Shown: positions 28,995 through 39,041, counted from the first letter of the stretch. The stretch: 42,939 nt of DNA from an uncultured bacterium (GCA_963978095.1 CAXBQP010000025.1:1-42939), one strand, 5' to 3'. Made by a program: numbers and translations. The notes: generated by a model from the sequence alone, not told the origin.

Positions 28995-30137
28995 ATGCTC
29001 TATTACTTCCTGTTCCCGCTCGCGAAGCAGCATTCGATCTTCAATGTGTTCCGGTACATCTCGTTCCGGGCAGCCGGTGCGGCGGTCACCGCCTTGCTGG
29101 TCGCGTTCGTGGTCGGTCCCATCATCCTGCGTCGGCTCCAGGCGATGATGATCCATCAGGTGGTGCGCGAGGGGACGCCCGAGACGCACGCTGGGAAGGG
29201 GAAGACGCCGACGATGGGGGGGGTGATCATCCTGGCCGCGACCTTCATTCCGACGCTGCTGTGGATGCGTCTCGACAACCGGTACGTCTGGATCGCCATG
29301 ATCGTGATGGCGTGGATGGGCGCGATCGGCTTTCTGGACGACTACCTCAAGCTGAAGCAGAAGCGGGAGGGAAAGGAGAACCGCGGGCTCGTCGAGCGAT
29401 ACAAACTCGCCGGACAGGTCGCCATCGGCTTGGCGATGGCGGTGTATCTCTGGCAGGTGCCGCTCAATCCGCTGCCGGGTGCGTCGACGACGCTGCCTTT
29501 CATGAAATACGTGCTGGTGGTGCCGGCAACAATCGGCATGGCCTGGCTGTATGTACCGTTCGTGACCTTCGTCATCACGGGCACCAGCAACGCCGTCAAC
29601 CTGACGGATGGACTCGACGGACTCGCGGCGGGACTTATGGCCATCGCCATGGCAACGCTGGCCCTGTTCGCGTATTCGATGGGGAACTTCAACGCCGCCA
29701 ACTATCTGCAGCTGTTCTACCTGCGCGGCGCGGGCGAATTGACGATTTTCTGCACCGCAACGTTCGGCGCCTGCCTCGGGTTCATGTGGTACAACTCCCA
29801 TCCGGCGCAGGTGTTCATGGGCGACACGGGCTCGCTCGCGCTGGGCGGCGCATTGGGTGCGGTGGCGATCCTGCTCAAGTCCGAGTTTCTCGTGGTGTTC
29901 ATCGGGGGGGTCTTCGTGGCGGAGACGCTGTCGGTGATGATCCAGCGGACGGTGTTCAAGCTCCGTCGCAAACGGCACGGGCTGGAATATGCGCAGCAGC
30001 ACCGCGTGTTCCGGCGCGCTCCGCTGCATCATCACTTTGAACTGAAGGGGTGGCCGGAGACGCAGGTGGTCGTGCGTTTCTGGATCATCGGCATCTTGTG
30101 CGCCTTCGTGGCACTGACCACGCTGAAGCTGCGGTGA
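28995..30137 (+). CDS. mraY: Phospho-N-acetylmuramoyl-pentapeptide transferase
   Basis: TPTMGG, GFLDDY, NAVNLTDGLDG, VFMGDTGS, APLHHHFE. Confidence 0.97.
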   Translation: MLYYFLFPLAKQHSIFNVFRYISFRAAGAAVTALLVAFVVGPIILRRLQAMMIHQVVREGTPETHAGKGKTPTMGGVIILAATFIPTLLWMRLDNRYVWIAMIVMAWMGAIGFLDDYLKLKQKREGKENRGLVERYKLAGQVAIGLAMAVYLWQVPLNPLPGASTTLPFMKYVLVVPATIGMAWLYVPFVTFVITGTSNAVNLTDGLDGLAAGLMAIAMATLALFAYSMGNFNAANYLQLFYLRGAGELTIFCTATFGACLGFMWYNSHPAQVFMGDTGSLALGGALGAVAILLKSEFLVVFIGGVFVAETLSVMIQRTVFKLRRKRHGLEYAQQHRVFRRAPLHHHFELKGWPETQVVVRFWIIGILCAFVALTTLKLR

Positions 30138-31510
30138 TTCGCGCCCTGATGGGCCGCGGCGAGATTGCGGTCATCGGTCTGGGGCGGAGCGGCCGCGCCG
30201 CGGCCGAGTTGATCGCGCGGCACGGCGGGCGGGCCTACGTGTCGGACCGGGCCAGCGGCGACGGCGTCAGTGCTGCTGCGACCGCACTCGCCAGTGCCGG
30301 CGTCGACGTCGACGTGGGTCGCCACGACCTAAACCGCATCAGCCGCTGCGTCGCGGTCGTGGCCAGCCCGGGGGTCCCTCCAACTTCTGAGCCGTTGCAA
30401 ACGGCGACGCGCGCCGGGATCCCCATCCTGAGCGAAGTCGAAGTGGCATTGGCCTTTCTGCCGAACACGACGCGCTACATCGCGGTCACCGGCACGAACG
30501 GCAAGACGACCGTGACCTCCCTGATCCACCATCTCCTCGTGGCGCTCGGGGCTGATGCCGTCGCCGCCGGGAACATCGGTACTCCCGTCAGTGCGTTGGC
30601 GCTGCGGGACCTCCCGCCCGCGTGGGTCGCGCTGGAGATGTCCAGCTTCCAGCTCCACGACACGCCGAGTATCGCTCCCGTCGTTGGCGTACTGACGAAT
30701 CTCGCGCCGGACCATCTCGATCGATACGCATCGCTTGAGGACTACTACGGCGACAAGATGCGATTGTTCGCCAATGCCTCTCCCCGCTCGCATTGGGTCA
30801 CCAATGCCGACGACCGCGAAGTTCAGCGCCGAGTGGCGGCGATTCCTGGCACGCATCTTCGGTTTTCCCTCGACCCGACCGCCGGAGGTGAGGCGGTGGC
30901 GGATCTGGTCGGCGGAGCGCTGTCGCTGTTCGGCGCCCCGTTCATGGGGCGCGCCGGTATCCCGCTGCTCGGCGACCACAACGTGGCGAACGTCCTTGCG
31001 GCGGTGCTTGCGGTGGCGATGGCGGACCCGGCGCATCGGACGCCTGACGCGTGCGCGCGTCTTGCCGCCGCCGTCACGCGGTTCGGCGGGATGCCGCATC
31101 GCCTACAGGTGGTCGGCGAGGTTGAGGGCGTGCAGTGGATCAACGACTCCAAGGCCACCAACATCAGCTCCACGCGCGTCGCCGTCGCCGGGATGACGCG
31201 TCCGACCGTCCTCCTCCTCGGCGGACGGCACAAGGGCGAGTCCTACCGGGCACTGATCCCGCTGCTTCAGCGACATGCCCGGCTCGTGATCGCGTACGGA
31301 GAGGCCGCCCCCCTCATCGAGCAGGATCTGGCCGGACACGTGCCGATGCTGCGTCTCGGATCGTCATTCGAGGACGTCATCTCGCGCGCTCGGGCTGCGG
31401 CGCAGCCCGGGGACGCCGTCCTGCTGTCTCCGGCCTGTTCCAGTTTCGACATGTTCTCCGATTACGAAGCACGAGGCGCGACCTTCCAACGATTGGCGGT
31501 GCCGGCGTGA
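30134..31510 (+). CDS. murD: UDP-MurNAc-L-Ala--D-Glu ligase
   Basis: IGLGRSG, SPG, GTNGKTT, EMSSFQL, DHLDRY, NDSKATN, SPACSSFD; GTGA overlap with mraY. Confidence 0.96.
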   Translation: MIRALMGRGEIAVIGLGRSGRAAAELIARHGGRAYVSDRASGDGVSAAATALASAGVDVDVGRHDLNRISRCVAVVASPGVPPTSEPLQTATRAGIPILSEVEVALAFLPNTTRYIAVTGTNGKTTVTSLIHHLLVALGADAVAAGNIGTPVSALALRDLPPAWVALEMSSFQLHDTPSIAPVVGVLTNLAPDHLDRYASLEDYYGDKMRLFANASPRSHWVTNADDREVQRRVAAIPGTHLRFSLDPTAGGEAVADLVGGALSLFGAPFMGRAGIPLLGDHNVANVLAAVLAVAMADPAHRTPDACARLAAAVTRFGGMPHRLQVVGEVEGVQWINDSKATNISSTRVAVAGMTRPTVLLLGGRHKGESYRALIPLLQRHARLVIAYGEAAPLIEQDLAGHVPMLRLGSSFEDVISRARAAAQPGDAVLLSPACSSFDMFSDYEARGATFQRLAVPA

Positions 31511-32718
31511 CCGTCGCCGCCACGGCGACCGCCGTGCGGGAGCGTTGGCGGATGGGCATCGAAGCGCGCGCGCTGGTCATCGCGACGGCCATGCTGCTCG
31601 CCTTCGGACTCGCCGCGCTGTACAGCGCGAGCGCGTTCGAAGCGACGCACGACGGGCGGAACAGCGCGTTGTTCCTGTTCAAGCAACTGTCCGGCGTCGC
31701 CGTCGGCGCCGTGTTCTTCGCGGTGGCCGCCAAGATGGACGCCGAGCGGTGGAGCCGGCTCTCCTGGTGGGTGATGGGACTTGCCATCGCTGCCATGCTC
31801 GTCACAGTGCTTCCGTTCACGATCAAGATCGCTCCCCCGATTCTCGGGGCGCGACGCTACTTGTATGGCGGCTCGATCCAGCCCTCGGAGTTCGCGAAGA
31901 TCGCGGTGATTCTCTGGACGGCGATGATGGCCGTGAAGAAGTCCGGCCAGATGCAGCGCCTCACCAAAGGATTGCTCCCGATTCTGGTCGTCGTCGGCGT
32001 GCTCGATATCACGGCCGCGCTCGAACCCGACCTCTCGACGGTGCTGTTCTTCACGCTGCAGATGGGGATCATCGTGCTCGCGGCCGGGGCCCGCATCGGA
32101 CACTTCGTGTTCCTTGGTGTGGCCGCAGTCCCCGTGCTGTGGAGTGAAGTGCAACGCCTCCAGTACGTGTTGGAACGAATCCTGGGCTTCGCCGACATGG
32201 CTGGCGCGGCGCACCAGAAGGTGAACTATCAGCTCGATCAATCGTTGATCGCGGTCGGGTCCGGCGGGTGGTTCGGCACCGGCTTCGGCGAAGGACGCCA
32301 GGCGCTGGGCTTCCTCCCGCTGTCGTACGATGACTTCATCGGCGGCACGATCGGTGAGGAATGGGGCTTTGTCGGGCTCACGTTGCTGATCGCCCTCTTC
32401 TCCGTCTGGGGATGGCTCGGCTTCCGCATCGCCGCGCAGGCGCGGACCAAGTTCCAGGAGCTGGTGGCCATCGGCATCACGAGCACGATGCTCGTCACGG
32501 CATATCTGCATATCGGTGTCGTGATCGGCTTGCTGCCGACCACGGGGCTCACGCTCCCCTTCATCTCCTACGGTCGATCCAATCTGATCCTGTCGTTCCT
32601 CATGACCGGGATCCTCGTGAACATCGGCAGTGCGCGGGAGCGGGTGATCGGCGATCGTGCGACGAACCCCATGGCACCCGGGGCCCGCGGCGGTACGTTC
32701 CTGCGAGCTGAAGCGTAG
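31507..32718 (+). CDS. ftsW: SEDS peptidoglycan glycosyltransferase FtsW
   Basis: Multiple TMs, IQPSEFAK, EPDL, DFI..GEEWG, LPFISYG. Confidence 0.94.
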   Translation: MTVAATATAVRERWRMGIEARALVIATAMLLAFGLAALYSASAFEATHDGRNSALFLFKQLSGVAVGAVFFAVAAKMDAERWSRLSWWVMGLAIAAMLVTVLPFTIKIAPPILGARRYLYGGSIQPSEFAKIAVILWTAMMAVKKSGQMQRLTKGLLPILVVVGVLDITAALEPDLSTVLFFTLQMGIIVLAAGARIGHFVFLGVAAVPVLWSEVQRLQYVLERILGFADMAGAAHQKVNYQLDQSLIAVGSGGWFGTGFGEGRQALGFLPLSYDDFIGGTIGEEWGFVGLTLLIALFSVWGWLGFRIAAQARTKFQELVAIGITSTMLVTAYLHIGVVIGLLPTTGLTLPFISYGRSNLILSFLMTGILVNIGSARERVIGDRATNPMAPGARGGTFLRAEA

Positions 32719-32726
32719 GCGCCCGC

Positions 32727-33848
32727 GTGTCGATCGAACACCACGTCATCTTCGCCGGCGGCGGTACGGGAGGGCATCTGTATCCCGGGCTTGCCATCGC
32801 TCGTGCGCTTGTGCGCCGCGACCCGAACGTGAGACCGTACTTCGTCGGCGCGCGCCGCGGGATCGAGCGCGAGGTACTTCCGCAGACGGAGTTCGCGCAC
32901 ACGCTGCTCGACCTGCATCCGCTGTATCGCCCCAACGTGTGGCAGAACTGGAAGACCCTCCGTGGCGCAGGCTCGGCGTGGATCGCAATGAACCTGCTGG
33001 GCGCTCGCCTTCGCCCCTCGTTGGTCGTCGGCACCGGCGGGTACGCGAGCGGCATGGCGCTCGCCTGGGCGTTCTGGCAACGGGTTCCCATCGTGCAACA
33101 CATCGGCGACAGTCATCCCGGGATGACCGCTCGCTGGTTCACGCGGATGTCCCAGGAGGCCTACCTCGGCTTTCCCGAGGCCGAGGGGTACCTCCCACAT
33201 GGCGGCACCACCTTCCGCGTGACGGGAAATCCCATCGAGCCGCCACCTGCGGTTCGCCCGGATCGGGGCGAAGCCAAAGCACGATGGGGATTTCCCGCAT
33301 CGCGCCGCGTCGTGCTCGTGTTCGGAGGGAGCCAAGGAGCTCGCGCCATCAATCAGGCCGTTGCCGCCTGGATCGATCAGGGCCTTCCGGACGACATCTG
33401 CATCCTGTGGGGAACCGGAAAGGGGCAGTACGATGGATTCAAGCACTTCGATGGCGCGAACGTGCGTGTGGTCCCGTACCTGTCGCCGATCCGCGACGCC
33501 TATGCGGCCAGTGATGTCGCGTTCGTGCGCGGCGGGATGATGGGAACCTCGGAACTGTGTGCGTGGGGGCTCCCGATGGTGATTTGCCCGCTGCCGACGG
33601 CCGCCAACGACCACCAGACGGCCAACGCCGTCGCACTCGAGCAGGCCGGTGCGGCCGTGCATCTTCCGCAACGCGAGCTGAACGCCACACGACTCGACCT
33701 GATCCTGCGCGGGCTTCTGCACGACCCGGCTCGACTCACCGCGCTCTCCGCTGGTGCCTTGGCGCGGGCGCGCCCTCATGCGGCCGACGAGATCGCGCAG
33801 CACATCTTGCGACGGCTCGAAGTCCCCGTCCGTCCCCCGACCCGCTGA
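32727..33848 (+). CDS. murG: Lipid II GlcNAc transferase
   Basis: GGGTGGHLYP, GTGGYAS, GNPI, FGGSQGA, HQTANA. Confidence 0.95.
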   Translation: MSIEHHVIFAGGGTGGHLYPGLAIARALVRRDPNVRPYFVGARRGIEREVLPQTEFAHTLLDLHPLYRPNVWQNWKTLRGAGSAWIAMNLLGARLRPSLVVGTGGYASGMALAWAFWQRVPIVQHIGDSHPGMTARWFTRMSQEAYLGFPEAEGYLPHGGTTFRVTGNPIEPPPAVRPDRGEAKARWGFPASRRVVLVFGGSQGARAINQAVAAWIDQGLPDDICILWGTGKGQYDGFKHFDGANVRVVPYLSPIRDAYAASDVAFVRGGMMGTSELCAWGLPMVICPLPTAANDHQTANAVALEQAGAAVHLPQRELNATRLDLILRGLLHDPARLTALSAGALARARPHAADEIAQHILRRLEVPVRPPTR

Positions 33849-33850
33849 CC

Positions 33851-35236
33851 ATGCCACTGCTCGATTCCACAGATCCTCGTCCCATTCACTTCATGGGAAT
33901 CGCTGGTGCCGGCATGAGTGCGCTCGCCGAGTTGTGTGCGCGCCGTGGCGCCATCGTGACGGGATGCGACCAGCGTGCCGAGGGGGTCCATGACCTCGAG
34001 CGGCTCGGCATTCAGGTGGTGAGCGGACACGACGCGGCGCATCTCGGCACACCTCGCGCGCTCGTGGTGTCGAGTGCCATCCCGAAGACGCACCCGGAGG
34101 TCGAGGCCGCGCGCGCGGCGGGGATTCCGGTGATCCGCCGCGCCGAGGCATTGGCGGAGGCCACGGCCGGTGGGCAGCTCGTGGGGATTGCCGGCACGCA
34201 CGGCAAGACCACGACGACCGTCATGACCACGGAAGCGCTCAAGGGGGCAGGGCTCGACGCCACCGGTGTGGTCGGCGCACGCGTCGCGGCGTGGAACGGC
34301 AATCTGTCGACCGGCGCGGACGCGGTGTTCGTCGTGGAGGCCGACGAGTACGATCGCTCCTTCCTTGCGCTCGATTGTGATGTCGCGGTGGTCACGAACC
34401 TCGAGGCCGACCATCTCGACATCTATGCCGATCTCGACGACATCCGCGGCGCCTTCACGCAGTTCACGCGGGGCGCGCGTTGGATCGTACTGTGCGCCGA
34501 TGATCCGCATGCCAATGCGCTGCCCACACCGCCGTCGGCGGAAGTGGTGCGGTACGGGATCGAGGGGGGATGCGCCGATGCGCGGCTGGTGGCACGCAAC
34601 ATCCGCATGCATGAGCGCGGCACGACCTACGAGGTGGTGTACGATGGCAAGGCACTCGGGCCAGTGACGTTGCGAGTGCCGGGGCTGCACAATGTCCGCA
34701 ACTCGCTGGCGGCGCTCGGGGTCGGGTTGGGCACGTGGGGGATGCACGTCGCGAAAATGGCCGAAGGGCTCGGACGGGTGGAGGGTGCCGAGCGCCGATT
34801 CCAGCGCCTCGGCGATGTCGGCGGGGTGACCGTCGTCGATGACTACGCGCATCACCCCACGGAGATTGCCGCGACCTTGAGCGCGGCGCGCGCGAGCTTC
34901 CCGGGGCGGCGCCTGATTGCGGCCTTCCAGCCGCACCTGTTCACGCGCACCCGGGATTTCGCCCCGGCATTCGGGGCCGCGCTCGCTGCCGCCGACGCCA
35001 CGTACCTCACCGCGATCTATCCCGCGCGCGAGCAACCCCTTCCGGGCGTGACGAGTGCGCTGATCGCCGACGCCATGACGCACTCGGGCCGCGCGCCGCA
35101 GTGGCAGGGGAGTGGCGATGCGGTGGCGGCGGCGCTCGCCGCCGATGTGCGCGAGGGGGACGTCGTGATCACCATCGGCGCCGGGGACATCACGAAAGCA
35201 GGGCCCGCCCTGCTGGCCCTCCTGCGCAGGGCGTGA
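33851..35236 (+). CDS. murC: UDP-MurNAc--L-alanine ligase
   Basis: GIAGAGMS, GTHGKTTT, EADEYD, DDYAHHPTE, FQPHLFTRT. Confidence 0.96.
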   Translation: MPLLDSTDPRPIHFMGIAGAGMSALAELCARRGAIVTGCDQRAEGVHDLERLGIQVVSGHDAAHLGTPRALVVSSAIPKTHPEVEAARAAGIPVIRRAEALAEATAGGQLVGIAGTHGKTTTTVMTTEALKGAGLDATGVVGARVAAWNGNLSTGADAVFVVEADEYDRSFLALDCDVAVVTNLEADHLDIYADLDDIRGAFTQFTRGARWIVLCADDPHANALPTPPSAEVVRYGIEGGCADARLVARNIRMHERGTTYEVVYDGKALGPVTLRVPGLHNVRNSLAALGVGLGTWGMHVAKMAEGLGRVEGAERRFQRLGDVGGVTVVDDYAHHPTEIAATLSAARASFPGRRLIAAFQPHLFTRTRDFAPAFGAALAAADATYLTAIYPAREQPLPGVTSALIADAMTHSGRAPQWQGSGDAVAAALAADVREGDVVITIGAGDITKAGPALLALLRRA

Positions 35237-35243
35237 TCCGGCG

Positions 35244-36023
35244 GTGGCCACCGACGAGTTCGAGACCTTCGATGCGATCGACGCCGCCTCCACGCGGCCG
35301 GCAGCCAGGCGCCCGGTGACCGAGACGCCGCGCTGGAAACGTCGCCTCCGAGCGGCCCTCGTCGCGTGCGTCGTACTCCTGCTGGGCAGTGCGCCGTGGT
35401 GGGGGCGGGCCGGGCTTCGCCGCCTGGACTTCTTCCGCGTCCGTCGCGTGGAGATCGACGGGACGCGTTACGTCAGTCCCGACCAAATCGTTTCGCGATT
35501 GAGGGTGGATAGCACCGCATCGGTCTTTGACGACATGGAACTCTTTGAAAAGCGGGTCCGGCTGCATCCGTCGGTGCGAGAGGTCCGCATCACGCGGCGG
35601 CTCCCGGGAACGCTCGTCGTGCGGATCACGGAGAATCTGCCGGTCGCGCTCGTGCCGGCGGCGTCAGGGTTGGTGCCGGTCGATGCGACCGGGCGTTCGC
35701 TTCCGGTGGATCCCGCCACCGCGGACGTGGATCTGCCCGTGCTGGCGTCACGCGACACGGCGGCGCTGGCGGTCCTCGGTGACCTGCGGGAGCTGGCGCC
35801 GGGGTTATTTGCCAGAGTCGGGGAGATCCGTCGCCTGCCGCGGGGCGATCTGCTGGTGCGGCTCAACGAGAACGGCGCCTTCGCCATCATGGCCGGCTCT
35901 GATGTGACGGCCCGGCGCCTGACGGATGTGATCCCGGTGGAGCAGGACCTGAAGAACCGAAATCAACGTGCCACGGAACTCGACCTGCGTTATCGCGACC
36001 AAGTGATCGCAAGACTGCCATGA
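35244..36023 (+). CDS. ftsQ: Cell division protein FtsQ/DivIB
   Basis: TM plus POTRA domain (VRRVEIDG..RRLPGTL), C-terminal DLRY; located before ftsA. Confidence 0.9.
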   Translation: MATDEFETFDAIDAASTRPAARRPVTETPRWKRRLRAALVACVVLLLGSAPWWGRAGLRRLDFFRVRRVEIDGTRYVSPDQIVSRLRVDSTASVFDDMELFEKRVRLHPSVREVRITRRLPGTLVVRITENLPVALVPAASGLVPVDATGRSLPVDPATADVDLPVLASRDTAALAVLGDLRELAPGLFARVGEIRRLPRGDLLVRLNENGAFAIMAGSDVTARRLTDVIPVEQDLKNRNQRATELDLRYRDQVIARLP

Positions 36024-37285
36024 ATGTAGAGCGACTCGTAGCCGGCCTGGACATCGGAAGCGCCAAGACCACCGCCATCATCGCGGAGGTCGTCGGCGAT
36101 TTTCCCAAACACCCGAACCTCAACATCCTCGGAATCGGCCAGGCCCGCACCACGGGGCTGCGCCGCGGCGTCGTGGCCGACATCGACGAGACCACCCGGT
36201 CGATCACCAAGGCGTTGGAAGAAGCGGAGCAGATGGCCGGGGCCAAGGTGCCGACGCTGTATGCGGGCATTGCCGGTGAGCACGTCCAGGCGATGACCTC
36301 CAAGGGGATCGCGAGCGTGACGGGGAGCGAGATCAGCAAGGCGGACATCGAACGCGCCAACGCCGTCGCCCGCGCCCAGGCGATTCCGCAGGACCGTGAG
36401 CTCATCCACGCGATCCCGCAGGAATACACCGTCGACAAGAACGTCGGCATCCGTGATCCACTCGGCATGATCGGCACGCGGCTCGAGACGGAGATGTATC
36501 TCGTCACGATCGGCAGCAGTCCGGCCATGAACCTGCGCAAAGCCGTCGAGAAGAGCGGGTACAAGGTCGGGGAGCTCGTGCTGGAGCCGCTCGCCGCCGC
36601 CCTCAGCGTGCTGACCGAGGACGAGAAGGAGCTCGGGGTCTGTCTGGTGGAGATGGGCGCCGGTACCACGGATGTGGCCGTGTTCCACGAGGGAAAAATC
36701 CGTCACCTCGGCACGATCAACTACGGCGGCAACAACGTGACGAGTGACATCGTCCACGGGCTGGGCGTGACGCAGGCCGACGCCGAGCGGTTGAAGGAGC
36801 TCTACGGCTGCGCGTACGAGCCGATGGTGGATCACAGCGACGTGATCAAGTTGCCGAGCACCGTGGCCCAGGGGGACCGGCAGATTCCGCGCGAGCTGAT
36901 GGCGCACATCATCCATCAGCGCACGGCGGAGATCTTCGAACTGGTGGTGCGCGACGTCGAACAGGCCGGCCTCATCAAGAAGTTGGCGGCGGGCGTGGTG
37001 GTGACCGGTGGTGCGGCGGCGCAGCCAGGCACGCCGGAACTCGCGTCGGATATCTTCGGCACCGGGGCTCGCCTTGGTGCGCCCGGGGAGTTCCTCGGCG
37101 GATTGGCCGACAAGGTGCATGCGTCGCGCTTCGCGACCGCCGTCGGACTGGTCGAGTATGGCGCGCATCGCATGGCAATGGGCGCGACCAGTGGGAAGGG
37201 GAAGCGTCTCAGCATGCCGGGCGCGGTTCCCAGCATGGACGGCCTGGGCCAGAAACTGAAGGTTTGGCTGCAAGATTTCTTTTAG
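36020..37285 (+). CDS. ftsA: Cell division protein FtsA
   Basis: GLDIGSAK, EMGAGTT, VTGG, C-terminal amphipathic helix KLKVWLQDFF. Confidence 0.96.
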   Translation: MNVERLVAGLDIGSAKTTAIIAEVVGDFPKHPNLNILGIGQARTTGLRRGVVADIDETTRSITKALEEAEQMAGAKVPTLYAGIAGEHVQAMTSKGIASVTGSEISKADIERANAVARAQAIPQDRELIHAIPQEYTVDKNVGIRDPLGMIGTRLETEMYLVTIGSSPAMNLRKAVEKSGYKVGELVLEPLAAALSVLTEDEKELGVCLVEMGAGTTDVAVFHEGKIRHLGTINYGGNNVTSDIVHGLGVTQADAERLKELYGCAYEPMVDHSDVIKLPSTVAQGDRQIPRELMAHIIHQRTAEIFELVVRDVEQAGLIKKLAAGVVVTGGAAAQPGTPELASDIFGTGARLGAPGEFLGGLADKVHASRFATAVGLVEYGAHRMAMGATSGKGKRLSMPGAVPSMDGLGQKLKVWLQDFF

Positions 37286-37343
37286 GTCACAACTGACTGA
37301 TAGTGATGCATCACAGAGTTGCTATCACTGTCTAGATGTGGAC

Positions 37344-37381
37344 AAAGCGGCGCGGTCTAAGACTGTGCCGCTTTTGCATTT
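37344..37381 (+). terminator. Intrinsic terminator between ftsA and ftsZ
   Basis: Stem AAAGCGGCGCGGTC/GACTGTGCCGCTTT (2 G-U pairs) running into a T-rich tract. Confidence 0.65.
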
Positions 37382-37495
37382 GGCTCGTCTAATACCTGTA
37401 GCGCGTAACGAATGCGCGCATATATTTCCGCCAGATGGTCAGTTTTATTGCTGACCGAACCGCATCATTTCGTGACACTCGGAGCCCCGACGCGT

Positions 37496-38728
37496 ATGAG
37501 CACCTTCGAATTCGAGGACGCCCCGCAAGCCGCCAAGATGAAGGTCATCGGAGTTGGCGGCGGTGGTGGAAACGCTGTCAACCGAATGATCGAGGAATGC
37601 TTGGCCGGTGTGGAGTTCATTTCGGTGAACACCGACGCGCAGGCACTGATCTCCGCCAAGAGCGACGTCAAGATTCAAATCGGGAAGAAGCTGACCCGCG
37701 GTCTTGGCGCCGGTGCGCGTCCTGAGATCGGTCGTCAGGCCATCGAAGAAAATCGTGACGAGGTGTCCCGTGTCCTCGGGAACTCCGACTTGGTGTTCGT
37801 GACGTGCGGCATGGGCGGCGGGACGGGCACGGGTGCGGCGCCGGTGGTGTGCGAGCTGGCGCGTGAGTCGGGCGCGCTCACGGTCGGCATCGTCACGAAG
37901 CCGTTCCTGTTCGAAGGGCGGAAGCGCATGCGTCAGGCGGACGAAGGCATCGCCGAGATGGCGAAGCATGTGGACACGATGATCGTGGTGCCCAACGAAC
38001 GCCTCTTGGCCGTCGTCGGGAAGGGTATCCCGTTCCAGGACGCCCTCAAGAAGGCCGACGAAGTGCTGCTGCACGCGACCAGTGGAATTTCGGCGATCAT
38101 CTCGGGCATCGGTCAGATCAATGTCGATTTCGCCGACGTGAAGACGGTGATGAAGGACGGTGGGGCGGCCCTGATGGGCACCGGCATCGGCCGCGGAGAG
38201 AATCGCGCCATGGATGCGGCGCAGATGGCCATCAGCAGCCCGCTGCTCGACAACGTCTCCATCGCCGGCGCTCGCGGCGTGCTCATCAATGTCACGGGTG
38301 GTGATGATCTCACCCTGGGCGATGTCACGCAGGTGGCGGAGATCATTCAGGATGCGGTCGGGGAGGATTCGGAGATCATCTTCGGATCGGTCAAGGAACC
38401 GTCGATGACGGGGGAGATCCGCGTGACCGTGGTCGCGACCGGCTTCGGCAAGGCGGTGCCGGTCCATGGCGTTGCCGGCAGCGAACGGACCAGCGCTTCC
38501 AAGGGCACGCCCGTCATTCCGATCGCCGGCGGGCGTCCTCGTCCGGTGGGGATCGGTGGGGCATACGCCGGCGGTGGGTCTCCCACGGCTTCGACGATGG
38601 TTGCGAACAACGGCGCGTCCGGCAGCGCGATCCCGAAAGGACACCCCTCGCCGGTGTTCGGGTCGCGTCCCACCGCTGATCTGGACGATCTCGAGATCCC
38701 GACCTTCATCCGTCGGCAGATGGATTGA
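37496..38728 (+). CDS. ftsZ: Cell division protein FtsZ
   Basis: GVGGGGGNAVN, GMGGGTGTG, NVDFAD, C-terminal DLEIPTFIRRQ; start inferred at MSTFEFED. Confidence 0.98.
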   Translation: MSTFEFEDAPQAAKMKVIGVGGGGGNAVNRMIEECLAGVEFISVNTDAQALISAKSDVKIQIGKKLTRGLGAGARPEIGRQAIEENRDEVSRVLGNSDLVFVTCGMGGGTGTGAAPVVCELARESGALTVGIVTKPFLFEGRKRMRQADEGIAEMAKHVDTMIVVPNERLLAVVGKGIPFQDALKKADEVLLHATSGISAIISGIGQINVDFADVKTVMKDGGAALMGTGIGRGENRAMDAAQMAISSPLLDNVSIAGARGVLINVTGGDDLTLGDVTQVAEIIQDAVGEDSEIIFGSVKEPSMTGEIRVTVVATGFGKAVPVHGVAGSERTSASKGTPVIPIAGGRPRPVGIGGAYAGGGSPTASTMVANNGASGSAIPKGHPSPVFGSRPTADLDDLEIPTFIRRQMD

Positions 38729-38765
38729 CGCATCGTCGTGCGCCGCTGATCGCGCCTGGCATTGT

Positions 38766-38995
38766 TGCGGCGGTGGTCCTTGGGGCCGCCGCCGCACGTC
38801 GTCTCCAGCCGCCCGGACTGCACGCTTCGGGCGGTCGTCTGAGAAACGTTCGTAGCCCCGGACGCTCGAGTCTCACGTGAGGTGCTTCGTCCGAACGGGT
38901 ACGTCACCTGGTTCGGGCAGCTCCAGCACTCCATCCAGGCCGGGCTCGAGCGGCCAAGCGGGCCGGTGACCCCGGGGCAAATCGCTTCGTCAGGT
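38766..38995 (+). ncRNA. Candidate structured RNA of unknown family downstream of ftsZ
   Basis: Two hairpins (38766-38796, 38808-38835) and a ~160-nt rod with nested stems containing many G-U pairs on the + strand. Confidence 0.4.
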
Positions 38996-39012
38996 GGCAG
39001 AGCCTCGAGTGC

Positions 39013-39041
39013 TTGCACTGGCGTCCGGGTGGCGCTACAAT
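39013..39041 (+). promoter_or_regulatory. Putative sigma70 promoter of the Sel1 operon
   Basis: TTGCAC-N17-TACAAT. Confidence 0.6.

Noticed and set aside
37435..37725. Leaderless ORF overlapping the ftsZ start
   Set aside because: It is out of frame within conserved ftsZ, with no coding signature.
38870..38883. parS-like palindrome CTCACGTGAG
   Set aside because: The flanks deviate from GTTTCACGTGAAAC at several positions, and it is a single copy inside a larger fold.
38974..39040. c-di-GMP-I riboswitch (GGCAAA...GCAGAGCC)
   Set aside because: It lacks the GNRA-capped P2 and the GACGCAAA junction, and the pairing is weak.
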